A DNA stretch of 63,962 nucleotides, counting the filler, from Conidiobolus incongruus B7586 (taxonomy: Eukaryota), in assembly GCA_000697335.1 (NCBI GenBank). It is 9 parts of 9 records of this genome, joined end to end, with 100 filler letters (N's around TTAATTAATTAA, not from the genome) between each part and the next. Parts side by side here need not be neighbours in the genome. Positions count along the whole stretch, not along the records: positions 32,566 to 39,775 come from JNEM01000169.1; positions 39,876 to 47,974 come from JNEM01000170.1; positions 48,075 to 54,721 come from JNEM01000171.1; 6 more parts are not named here. One strand, 5' to 3'. Positions 38,964 to 51,227 of this stretch are shown here, piece after piece. Position 1 is the stretch's first letter. Each line of letters starts with the position of its first letter. The notes under the pieces were generated by a model. That model was not told where the DNA came from and did not search any database. It saw nothing but the letters and a program-made list of their open reading frames with translations. The position numbers and the translations under genes are program-made.

Positions 38964-41900
38964 TTTCTATTATTTAAAAAAGAATCATTGCCATTATCAT
39001 TCCCCTCATTCAAAAAATTAATTAATGTATATAAATTATAATTTAATAAATATTAAAAATAAATTATATTTTTTAATTTTCAATATTTAAGATTAATAAT
39101 AATTTCAACAATGATCCAATAATTTTGAATTGAAAAATAATTCATCTCACAAAATATATTTCAAAAATTTTTTTATGCCTTATATCAATTGGAATCTTAA
39201 ATTATCTTTGGGATATTCAGCAACATTTATCTAAAATATAAGCTATATAGTTTTATAAATGTAATTTACCGATATTCGTATATAGACATTATACTACATC
39301 TTTTTATAATTAATTCTTAAATCATTACTATAGAAATTTAATATAATTTTGAATATTTAATGTACAAATATAAATCTATTATAAAAAATTAATACTTCCT
39401 TTAATTATCAAATATTTTTTACCATACCTTTGGTAAACTTCTAAAATCTATAAAAACAATTATTTTCAGGATTAAAATTATATATTTTAAAAACCAATTG
39501 AATTTATTTATATGAATTTTTCTCGTAATAATATTTTGTAATTATTTAAAATATTTATAATCAAAAGCGCCTTAATCTAATAATTAAATAAGATATGATA
39601 ATATTTTCTGTTTTTTATATAAAAAATATTTTTCAATATTAATATAAAGTGTTTTGTAATTATTATGTAAAATATTAGATATTTTTAATTTATAAACAAA
39701 AAATTTTAAACTTTTTATTAATTAATTTGATTTTTAATATTAAATAAAAAATATATAATATTATAATTTATTTCANNNNNNNNNNNNNNNNNNNNNNNNN
39801 NNNNNNNNNNNNNNNNNNNTTAATTAATTAANNNNNNNNNNNNNNNNNNNNNNNNNNNNNNNNNNNNNNNNNNNNTATTTAAAAAAATCTATAATTAAGT
39901 TAATTTAATTTAATCTAATATTTTGATTTATATTTTAATAAAAAATTATATAAAAAGATTAAAAATTCATTTATTGTAATAATTTATTATAAAAGCTCTA
40001 ATATCTAATAATATTTAAATAGGTTTTGTTAAAAATAGTTATTTTAGTTTTTTTAGCTTTAATTAGATTATAAGATATTTATTTTATATCTTTATTAGGT
40101 AATTTAAGTTTTAGCAATAATATATATAAAATATTTATATAGTTAATATTAAAATATTTTAACAATTCTAATTTAAAAAAATATCATTTAATATATTTTT
40201 AAACTTTATTAATAATTAAAAAAATAATAAGTAAAATTAGATTTTTTATTTTGATAATTTTTAAATATTTTTTTCTTAGATTTAAAATAATTTGCTTAGT
40301 GATAAATAATTGATTTAAATAATGTTTTATTATCAAAAGTTAATTTTAACATTTAAATAATTTTAGAGAGTTTATAATTAAATTTACCTAAAATTAAAAT
40401 AAAACTTTTGATTATTATTATTTAGTTTAAATATGTATAAATTAAATAATAAACTTTGAAAAATTTGCCATATTATTTAAACTACTAGTTCATAAAAAAT
40501 AAATATTAATTTTGAATAAAAGAGATTATATTTTTAATATTAAAAGTTAGTCAAAATTAAAACAAGTTGGTATTGAAAATAAAAGTATTAATTTTGCAAT
40601 ATGAATTTATTTTTGTAAATTAAATATAAAAAATATTTTATAAATTTTATTTCAAAAAATTCTTATTATTTAATATTTAGAGTAATAACAAGACTAATTT
40701 GTAGTATTCAACCAATATAAAATTTTAAATTATTTCAAAGAAAAGTTAAGATTAAAATTAAAATTAAATTCAAGTCACAATATCTATTTTGATTTGTTTT
40801 AATTATAAAATACTGATATTATATAATTTTAATAGGTAAATTTAAAAATTTTAAGAAATTATTTTTTAAATAAAGCTGCCCAGAAAAAAAACAAGTGACT
40901 TGAAATTCACGCAAAATTGATTAATTAAAATATCGGTTAATATTTAAGCTTATCGCCAGTTATTTCAAGTGAGTACTTAACATAAACAGTGGGGTATAAT
41001 ATAGTCAAAATGTACAAGAAATATTCTATGAATAGGAAAAATTCTAATATATTATATTAACTAGCATAGTTATAGAATATTTGATATAATTTGAATTTAA
41101 TAGATATCTTCTATATGATCTAAGCTTATATAATCAAAATTATTATAACTAAATCTATTAATAGAAAAATAAAAAATTATTAGTGTTATGTTACTATAAA
41201 TATTATTAATGTCATGATATATGTTCTAAATTGTAATATATATTGCATGAAAATATTATTAAATATAATAAATTTAGATGTATTAAAAAATAGCTATTAA
41301 GTAAAATTTCACCAAGTTAATGATTAAAACTGAAAAAAATGATTTTTTATTCAGTTGTATTCTTGGTATTGTTTGTTTTTTTATTAATGAATATTATTTC
41401 TTATAATTCACCAAATATTGCTTAGAATTGTAATTTATTAAAGGATATTATATTGTATAGAGTTTAAAATTTGACTAATCCAAAAATTAATCCCTAATAT
41501 AATTGATTCAATAATGTGATATTGAATTTTCAAGAAAAATTTTATAATCTTAGATTATACAAAAAGAAATTTTAAACCATTAGAATCCTAATAATATCAA
41601 ACTCAAAAGTTTATAATTAATTGTTTTAATACTACTATCGTAATATAACAACGTCTAAAGCACACATATTAGACATTCACAATATAAAATTCCAGATTTT
41701 GAACCTTAAATTCTAATATTGGAGTAATAAAAAAATTAGCTCAAATTATGTGAGAGTTAAGCTAATATTGATTAGTAGATAAATACTTACAACAAAAATT
41801 TTCTCAAATTTAGTCGCTCCATTAAAAACATTTACTCACTAATTTAATCAATTAATCAACTGAATTGACAAATTGGAGAATATTGATCAAATAATGTAAA

Positions 41901-42580
41901 GATTTTCACATAATTAAGTTATCCCCCAAAGTGCATTAAATCATTTTTTAGATATAACAATAATTATAACAATATTAATAATATTTATTATTATTATTAT
42001 TATTACTATTATCATAACAACACTAACCAATAATTTAAATTATAAAATATTTATTTTGATAAGAACCTTTCCAAATTAATTTATCAAATCGACAAAACTT
42101 GAAGTTTAATAATTAAGGGAAATTTAAGTTAAACAGTTTAACCTCATCATTTCAAATTTCTATCAATTCATTTATTTGAAAAAAGGTGGAGAAAGAGAAA
42201 ATTTCAGATTTGAGTACTATAGAAATTTTTATATGATGATCTTTTCTTGAAATTAATGAGAGTATGAATTAATAGATGGTTTAAGTTCAAGGAAAGAGAA
42301 CGTTTTCACACGTGAATGAGTTTAATAATGATGTAATATTATCAAAGATAATATGTTTCATATTATTCATAATAAATTATTAAATAAATAAGTATATTAT
42401 ATTATTAATTAACAAAAAAGCTATATTTATTAGTATGAAATTAATGATTACATAGTATTATTATATTATATTATTATTGAAAAATTAATTTACAAGTAGA
42501 TTATTACTATGCGAATTAATTTTAATACTGTGATAAGTTTACTCCCTCTTAAATTTCAGCTTAAATTCAAACCACCATTG

Positions 42581-44356
42581 TCAATCGTGAGTTGAAGATT
42601 CTTCGTCAAAGGACTTCTCTGCAGTGATGTACTCGAGATTGAAGTTGAAGAATCGCATGAGACATGCTACGGTACTGGGTATGGTCATTAATAGGATTGC
42701 GAGTACTGGGAGCCATAAAAAGTCGAGTAGATTTTTGTGAGTGCGTTCCTTACCGGGCGCTGGCCTGTGTAAATGCTTTTCGATTTTCATGTGCAGTGTA
42801 TGGTAGGAAAGTGCTTGGACGATTAACGATGTCGGAAGGGCAAAGCTGGTGTATTTGACAATTTGGTAAAGGTATGAGTAGAAGGGATCAACTGCAAGCG
42901 GATTTGTGGTAGATTCGGGTGGTAAGAAAACTAATAACTCGATCAAAGGTACTGCAAAGACCATTACCCATCCTGAAATCATAGGAAGCATTTGAGCCTC
43001 GATATTCAGAAATGTAACCATGATACTATCAATCCAGCGACCAAGCCAAGTTTTATTGGATGGGTCCCATTCAGTCATCAAGTCAGTGGTAGGAGTACGG
43101 GGAGGACAGGAGAAGAAATGTTTCAAAGTGTAGGCTAAATCAGGGATTGCAGAGTAGTGACGACGAGCTTGGACGTACCTAGCTTTAATGTTGGCCCAGA
43201 AACCATCAACTTCGACATGGGTCATATTGATAGGAACAAACACAGAAACGCCTTTGGCAACAGTGTTGGTCTTCCAGAAGCATTTAAGGAACATATGGAG
43301 ATCTTCACCAACAGCTTCGTCATAAGGGTCCCACCAGCCAACACGTTTAGCCAATTCCATACTTAAACTGTAATTGGAGCAAGGAAAGACAATACCTCTC
43401 AAGTTGGACAAATTCTGTATAACCATAGCAGACCACATGATATCTGCAATACGTACAACTGCAGGTACGTTATGAGAATTTCTAGAGAAGAAAGTAGGAG
43501 AGGAATAAATGACAGTTTGAGGGTTGCGAGTAGAGAAGTAAGCTTCCTCGAGCTTGGTAGTGTAGAGCTCGGGGATCCCTGAGTCAGAGTCAGTCACTGT
43601 AACCAAGAGGTCTTGCAGACAGTAGTCGCGTTCCTGAGTCAAGTAACGGTAGGCATTACGTACAGCATAGTTTACGTTACTAGCCTTGCCGCGAGCCTCG
43701 CCGGGGACGTTTGCAGGGTGAATTGTGACAATAAACTCGCGGAACAAATGTTGAAGCTCATCCTTGATCATGTTACCCTTTACATCAGAGTCAACTTCAG
43801 TAGCTTCCATAGCTAAAATAATACAGTACTGATTTTGAGCATATCTAAATAAACTGTTTAAAATATTTTGTTGTTATAAAAGTATAATTTGTATTTACCT
43901 ATGATTAGATAATCTAATAACAGTATCTCTCAACAAACCGAAAGGTTCCTTATAATTAGGAATAACAAAGCAGTGGATAAGAGTTTTTTTAGGGATAGTC
44001 AGAGGTAAGAAAGAAGTAGTCTCGTCTACAAGCTCGTCAACTAAACTGTTAGACGACGTCGAGCTACTATCGGTGAGCGTTGGTGAAGCGTCGTCAGAGG
44101 AGTCGTGGATATTTTTGGTTTGGTTTGAACACCTTATAATGGTCTTTATAATATGATTGTATGATATTAAAAATTTCACAACTTGACATATGGAATTAAT
44201 TAAGTAGATAGCAAAGAATATTGATAATCCGATAATATACACTTTGGGATAATACATAGGTCCCAAAGGTAAACTTATTAAAGTGATAATTAATAGGGTT
44301 GGGGCGAACAAATCGAAAAGTGCATTTTTCAGCTTTGTAAATATATTACAAATCAT
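42581..44356 (-). CDS. Membrane-bound glycosyltransferase family 2 protein (2 exons; intron 43845-43898)
   Basis: The two ORFs join in frame (SNHR|YAQNQYCIILAME). GT-A processive-type motifs IPNYKE, GKASN, TDSD, GEDLHM and QARRH (QxxRW-like), with N- and C-terminal TM helices. Confidence 0.85.
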
Positions 44357-46676
44357 ATTATATTCAAAAGCACTGTAATAAGAGACAATATATACAATAT
44401 AAGAGTGACAATAAACTGATTAGTAAGAATGAATTAGAGTATATTGATCACTTAGATTCGAATCCACAAAAAGTGTGTAGTATAGGGTTTATAAGGACAA
44501 ATAAGCTTGTACTTCACAGGATTCAACAACAGTCAATTATCAAATATTCCTGAACAATCAATCAAGCAGTTAATGTAATTAATAAAAAAAACTCAAAACA
44601 AATAAACAGGAATTAGGGTTATAATAAAAACTATAAACCTAATATATTAAAAAAATATTAATTTTTATAATAAAAACAATTTATATAAATCATTTACCAT
44701 CTCTATCTTATATATATGTTTGCTTTTCCCATTTCGGCATCAGGGAGAAAATTTGATGTCCGAAACGGGAAAGAGGAGTTGATGATTGTATCTTTCAAGT
44801 GAATGATTGGATATTGATATAGTCACCGCATAAGTGAACGAAGTATCTGTAAAAAAAAATTAGTTTTTACCATATCAAATACTATTAATTCATGTGAATT
44901 CTTCTCACTTTGATTCGACCTTATTCAGGGGCTGTTCCCGATTTTTAGGATTTGTAATTAATGGAATGGATCAAATTAATAGTTTGGTTATTATTAATTA
45001 AATGTATTATATATTGGTCCTTTGAATAGGGTATTCAACATTTCGTATACAGACTAACGGACTTTTAAAGTCCCTTTGGTATATTTGATTAAATATAAAC
45101 TATGAATTGTAAGCATTAAAAGTTGATTACAAATCCATATTGGATTCCAATTAAGCAATGAAATTGGTATTATTAGGTGCATTAAGTTTTTTTTACCAAT
45201 ATAAAAGTGCTAACTTTACTAAATAAAATTTCCTGTTAACTAATTTTAATAACTTTATAATGGAACACAATAACTAGGTATAGCGATCCATATATATTTT
45301 ACTATTTTTAAGACTCTTTTTTAATATGTTCAATGATTAAAATTATTTAAAGAGTTGCCAATCAACGATTGCCAATATTATTATACACGTTTCAATATAA
45401 TTGATAAGATTTTAAATTATAAAATTAAATTTTGCCACCAAATCATTCAAATTAAATAAAATTTAATATATTGTTGTAAGTAGTTCTCACTAATATTTTA
45501 TTTACCTGAATAATATACTATTGAATATAAAATAAACAATATATCAAGTTTTATATAATATTTATGAAATTCAATAAATACTATTTGTTAAACTAATATT
45601 TTAAAACTAAATTTTTTTAATCTATGATGGTTGTGAAAATTTAAGCAAATCTATTAAATGTTTTAATAAAGTGTTTTATCATATTAATTACAAGCGAGAA
45701 TATAAATGTGATTAATATTCAGATATGTTTTAAGTATTAATGAATTTAACATTGTAAGGAAATTTAATAAGTATATATACAGGTAGGAATATTATAATAA
45801 ATATTTTAAGTTACTCACCTTAATTCAAATATTATTTATCAATCACTCTTCTCAGTTCTTTAAAATTAGCTCATAATTAAATATACCAATCAAATATTAT
45901 AAAAAAATCAATATTATGTTGATAGATTTCAGTTAAGAAATAATTAAAAAAACAATCTATATACCCTTTGATATTTGAAATATTTTTAAGTTTTAAATAA
46001 TTTAAATAATTCTTTCCATAGAAAAAAATATAAAGAATATCAAAATATTTAGATGTTAAAAAAAAACCTTAAAAAAGGTTAAAACCTTCTAAAAATTGCA
46101 TAATTTTAACCATTATAAATTGATAAGATTAGCATTATCAGTTAATCCTTTTATCAAAAAAAATAATCGAATATTTCCAATTTAAATTCCGCAAAAATTG
46201 AATTGACAGTTCTGGTTTTTATGCATTCTCGAGTACTTTTTAGATTCTTTGTTATTGAAAAACAAAGATTGACCAATCATTAGGGGTTAATACGAAATGG
46301 CTAATTCTGATTGGTTATTAGGTATTCGTCCCATATTTTTTAAGTATTCATTTTTATAATTTGAAATTATGATATATTATTGTATTTTGTTTGAAAGATG
46401 TCGATTCAACTTGAATTTGTATTGAGGTATCAATATAAGATTAAAATTTAATATAAACTAACTATATACTATCACCTTGAAATTGATTTAGTGGATAAAA
46501 ATGGGACTGAGATTATAAACCTTAAATATCAAATTATTATATTAAAAATTTCAAAATAGTGGTGGAAATATGGATTTTTGAAATTCAGCATATAAGATAA
46601 TGTTTAAAAAATATTTTTCATTTATATAGTAAAATAATTTTATATAAAAGGTAAGTGTACATTCCATTTGGTTTCA

Positions 46677-46707
46677 TTACTCTTCAAATTTTTAATTTGA
46701 AGAGTAA
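46677..46707. repeat. Perfect 14-bp inverted repeat with 3-nt loop
   Basis: ttactcttcaaatt-ttt-aatttgaagagtaa. Confidence 0.85.
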
Positions 46708-48159
46708 AAAATAAAAGTGAAAAATTTCTAAGAATTCTGTTTTGGAATAATATCTATCAAAAAATTTCCAGAGTTAGAATTATGTAAAAAATAGTTCAAT
46801 GGAAAAATGTTTTCAGTTTTGAGTTATTTAAGTTTTAAAATTATATAGCCGAGTTACTCCTTTTAAGTTGATTGAGGATTTTTCTAGAAGTTTTAATAAA
46901 AGAATATTGAAAACTCAAAAAAAATAAGTTTAACTTGTTAGGTTTATTATTAAGATTTGATAAAATATTTAATCAAAATTTTCAAAAGATTTTTATAATC
47001 AATTTCAACCTCAACTTTATTTTCTTTTTAATTTTTACAAAATATATTATGATTACAATATTAAATTCTAGATTTATATAGTATATATTTGCAATTTCAA
47101 ATCTGAGCAATATTATCATAGAATCCGGATAAATTGACAAAAAAATAATAAACTGAATTTGGAAAAAAATTCGCAAATAAACAAGATATCATATACAGTT
47201 AAAGTATTATTCACAATTTAAATATCAGGAATGATTACATCACTTTCAATAATTGGAAATTGAATTATTTTCATAGATCAATTGACTTAGTTTTCTGGAA
47301 TCTGATATTTTCCAATATCTTTCGAAATGGAATCCAGTTTGAAAATTATATAAATGATGTAATATAATATAATTATTGTATTGGAAAAATCTTATTTCAT
47401 TGATGTTTACTCTCATTTATGGTTGATATTATCTACTATTTTACTTTATTATTTCATATTTTTTATAAATTGATACTTTTATGATTCTTGATCTATGAAT
47501 TGCTTACAAAAATTGAAATTAATAATAATTATAATTATTGAAACAAATGATATTTTGTTAATTTTTTGTATTCAGTCAATTTCAATTAATAAAATTTCAT
47601 GCTCTGATACTAGTTCAGAAATTTTTTTAAAATATATTGTCTATATATATTTCAATAATATACATTAATAAATATAATTTAGTTGTATTAAGTTATTGAA
47701 AAAATATAGCCTTTGAAAATTTGAATATATTTATTTATATTTTACATACTCCAGATATTAAATTTGTTATTGAATATCTTTAACAATAATATTAGATTTA
47801 GAAAATTATATTAGAATTAGATAGTTAAAAAGTCTAGTAAGTTCCATTTAATTCAGGTAATACAGTATACTTAAAATTTGATTTTATTACCTTAAATTTG
47901 AAATAATAGGAAATTTTTTAATTTCTGATTTTTCAAACATATTATTAGTTTGAAATAAATAAATATATACAAAGNNNNNNNNNNNNNNNNNNNNNNNNNN
48001 NNNNNNNNNNNNNNNNNNTTAATTAATTAANNNNNNNNNNNNNNNNNNNNNNNNNNNNNNNNNNNNNNNNNNNNTTCTAAAAATATATAATAAATAAATT
48101 TTATTTTGAATAAATTTTATAATAACTTAACTATTTATAATTAAATATAACCTACAAAA

Positions 48160-48790
48160 TCATAACTAAAAATCAAGCTTTTTATAATAAATTATTATAT
48201 TTAATTAATTAAAATTTCTTTTATATAATTCTTTATCAAAAAATCAAATAAAATATTAAATTAAATTATAATAACTTGTTTTATAAAATCTAATAAATAT
48301 ATATTTTAAATATAATCAAATATTAATTATTATAATAGATTATAATAACGTATACTCTTTTTAAATTATAAATAAAAATTAATTAATAGAAAATTTTATA
48401 TTTATTTATAAAAAAAATATTTTTAATTGGTGATCTTAATAAAATTCAAAAATATTTGTTATTTTATAAAATAATGATAAAATAAATAAAACTAAAAGTT
48501 AAAAAAAATTTTTTTTATTTTTTTTTATTTAATAAAAAACTACCATATTTAATATTTTTATAAGATTATAATCTAAATAATTATAAATATTTAAGAAAAT
48601 AAAAAATAAATTAATAAGAAGGTAAATTTCTATAAATAAATTTAATTGGTTTGTGAAACATTAAATTTTAGTATTTGATAAAATGAACTTTTTTCTTTAA
48701 ATATTATAAGTTTGATAAAAATATAGAAAAAAAAGTTATTAATAATAAAAAAAAATATTGATTTTGTATTATATATATTTAATTTTAATA
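48160..48790 (+). repeat. Copy C of repeat family 1 (boundaries approximate)
   Basis: Colinear with 55195-55800 over about 600 bp, e.g. aagctttttataataaattattata and ttggtttgtgaaacattaaattttagt vs ttggtttttaaaacatcaaattttagt. Confidence 0.7.
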
Positions 48791-49271
48791 TTTAAATTTA
48801 AAAATCCATTTAATATTATAATCATAATATTTGTTATTTATTTATTATAGATTTTATCAAGCAAATAAAATGGATTAAATAATAATTTAATGGAAAAATA
48901 AGAAAATCACTTTTTGCCATTTTAGAATATTGATTTTAAAAGAATTCCATAGATTTTAACATGAAAAGTAGAATTATTCAAAAGAAAATAATTAAAGAAT
49001 AATAGAGATTTAGTATTTTTAACACAATTCAATATTATTAACAAAAATTTTAATTAATTTATTAACACATGATAGATTATATTAACAAAATAATGATGTT
49101 TTAATGTCATTATTGAAAAAAAATTATAGAATTGTTCTAATTGGTGGATGATTTTAAATAAATAATTCAATTAGTGGTTGGTTTTTCGTACGAGATGATG
49201 ATCTCAATATGCTAGAGTATGTGATGATCTCATTATAGTGGTATTATTGTTTTTGATAGAAAAAGTCACAA

Positions 49272-51227
49272 TTATTCTGAAAATATTGCTCTACATTGTT
49301 CATACAATGCGACGATCTCGGTACTAGTGCACTTAACATTGAGGAATGAATGATCCAGAAGTGAACTCGCCAATGTTCTGCGATCTTTGACAGGATCAAC
49401 AGTTTGACTGAAGAAATTGATGAATTTATCAGACCAAAGTGAAGGTTGCTTCAACTTTGGTTGTTTGGTGTTGGAAATTGCATTAACAAATTGTACAGCA
49501 GGATAATCTGCGAAAGGCGATGTACCCTCGGCCATCTCCATGAGAAGCATACCAAAACTCCAAACATCTGCTCGCCAATCATAATGCTCCATCTTAGCAA
49601 CTTCTGGGGCCATCCAATGTGTCGAGATCATACATGACTTCCTTTTTACTCCGGGGGGTGAGGCAACTACACATCGGTTAAAATCTGCAATTTTAATATG
49701 CCCCTTGGAATTTAGGAGGATATTATCACTATTAAGATCACGATGGATACGTTGACAGCCTTCTAAGAAGGCTAAACCACATAGAATATCATAACTGAAT
49801 CTAGCGATTTGGCTTTCTGTCATTTGAATAGTTGGATAGCATGAAACAATATCGCATAGCGAGCCAAGATCCATATATTCCATTGTCATCCACAATGATT
49901 CGCATGTAGAAAAACACCCTAATAATGACACTAGATTAGGATGATTACATGAGCGCATTGCTTCAAGTTCATTTTTAAGACTTTTAAGCTTAGTTGTTTG
50001 TGTATATGGAATAATTTTAATTGCAACAATTGAGTTATTGGTTTGAGTATCTTGGGCTGTATATACATCTCCAGATTCGCCCTCTGCTATCAAATTCATA
50101 TCCAGGAATCGGAAGTTTGGATTCACGGATAAATTGACATAGTCAACCAAATCATATTCATTTAAAGTTACTTTAATGGCATCATCTAGTAGTATAGGTT
50201 CCATTGGCTCAATATCCGGCAAAGAAGGGCTCATCGGCTCATGATCATGACTTGCCGGCGTCGTTGGGCCGCTTAGGTGGGAAACATAAGATGCCGGAGA
50301 ATCTTTCTCCATGACGGGATCGGTGCTGATAGAAATTCTTAAATTTGAGCTCTTATTGGATGGAATATCACCAGTAGTTGTCATACGCTTGGAGAATAGA
50401 GAAGCAAATTTGGAAGAGGAAATAAGGTTACCAAAATTTTTTACCGTAAGACTACCGGTCTTTGGGTTAAATAAATTTTCAAATATTTCTGGCTGACTGC
50501 GAACATCCTCTAACCTTAAACCAGACTGGGCAAATAAAGGTATCCACTCTGGAGGAATACCCTAAGAATTATTAGCAAAATTAGGTATTATAATGCCTAG
50601 TTTATATATTTACCACTGCCGTTGTATTACCATAATCGTCAACATGAACATTCATATTATGTTTGAGGTTATAAGGGGAACTGATAGTGGGACAAGAGTC
50701 GCTAGGTTCGAAGTTATCTATATCATTAAAGAAAAAAGAGGTTAAAATATGAAAAATATATATATATATATATAAATAATTAACGAATACGTTGTGGAGT
50801 TGTTGGAACTAGTAAAGGATCCAAATACTGAGTATTTAAAAGGTCCTCATAAGGAACTGTCTGTTTCCAAACGTCTGGAACACCCTTTGAAAAAATAAGG
50901 TTAATTTCAAATAAATTGAGAAAAAAAATGTAAACAAATAAAAATTACCATAAATCTTCCAGATTGATCGTTGTATTCAATATGAATCCCGTGTTCAAAA
51001 TCCGTAGGCTTTGAAATTGTTTGAATCGTATTAGTTGAGTGTGTGCTAGCTTTACTTGATGTTAAGGAAATTGAATTATTAGAACTCAATTCAGTATTAA
51101 ATATGGTAGGAGCGGAGCTCTTCTTTTTCTTAGTTTTGAGAATTTTTGGCTTTGAAAATTGAAACATATCACTGACCCATTCGTATTTAGTTTTAGTATG
51201 AGGAGTTGGGTGTGAAGTCGATGACAT
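49272..51227 (-). CDS. PAK/Ste20-family kinase-like protein with two CRIB (p21-binding) domains (4 exons: 51227-50949, 50884-50791, 50717-50614, 50561-49272)
   Basis: Three GT-AG introns splice in frame. CRIB1 is ISKPTDFEHGIHIEY...GVPDVW and CRIB2 is ISSPYNLKHNMNVHV...GIPPEW. C-terminal STE kinase domain has VAIK, MEYMDLGSL, HRD, WMAPE, DVWSFG and MAEG..P. Confidence 0.88.

Noticed and set aside
47100..47560. Possible decayed F-box/LRR-type gene fragments (also about 33400-33700 and 52500-52900)
   Set aside because: Only short stop-interrupted frames without diagnostic motifs; needs TBLASTN to evaluate.
49192..49235. Two RTGATGA (C-box-like) motifs
   Set aside because: No suitably placed D box or terminal stem. 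This is a short local duplication antisense to the kinase 3' UTR.
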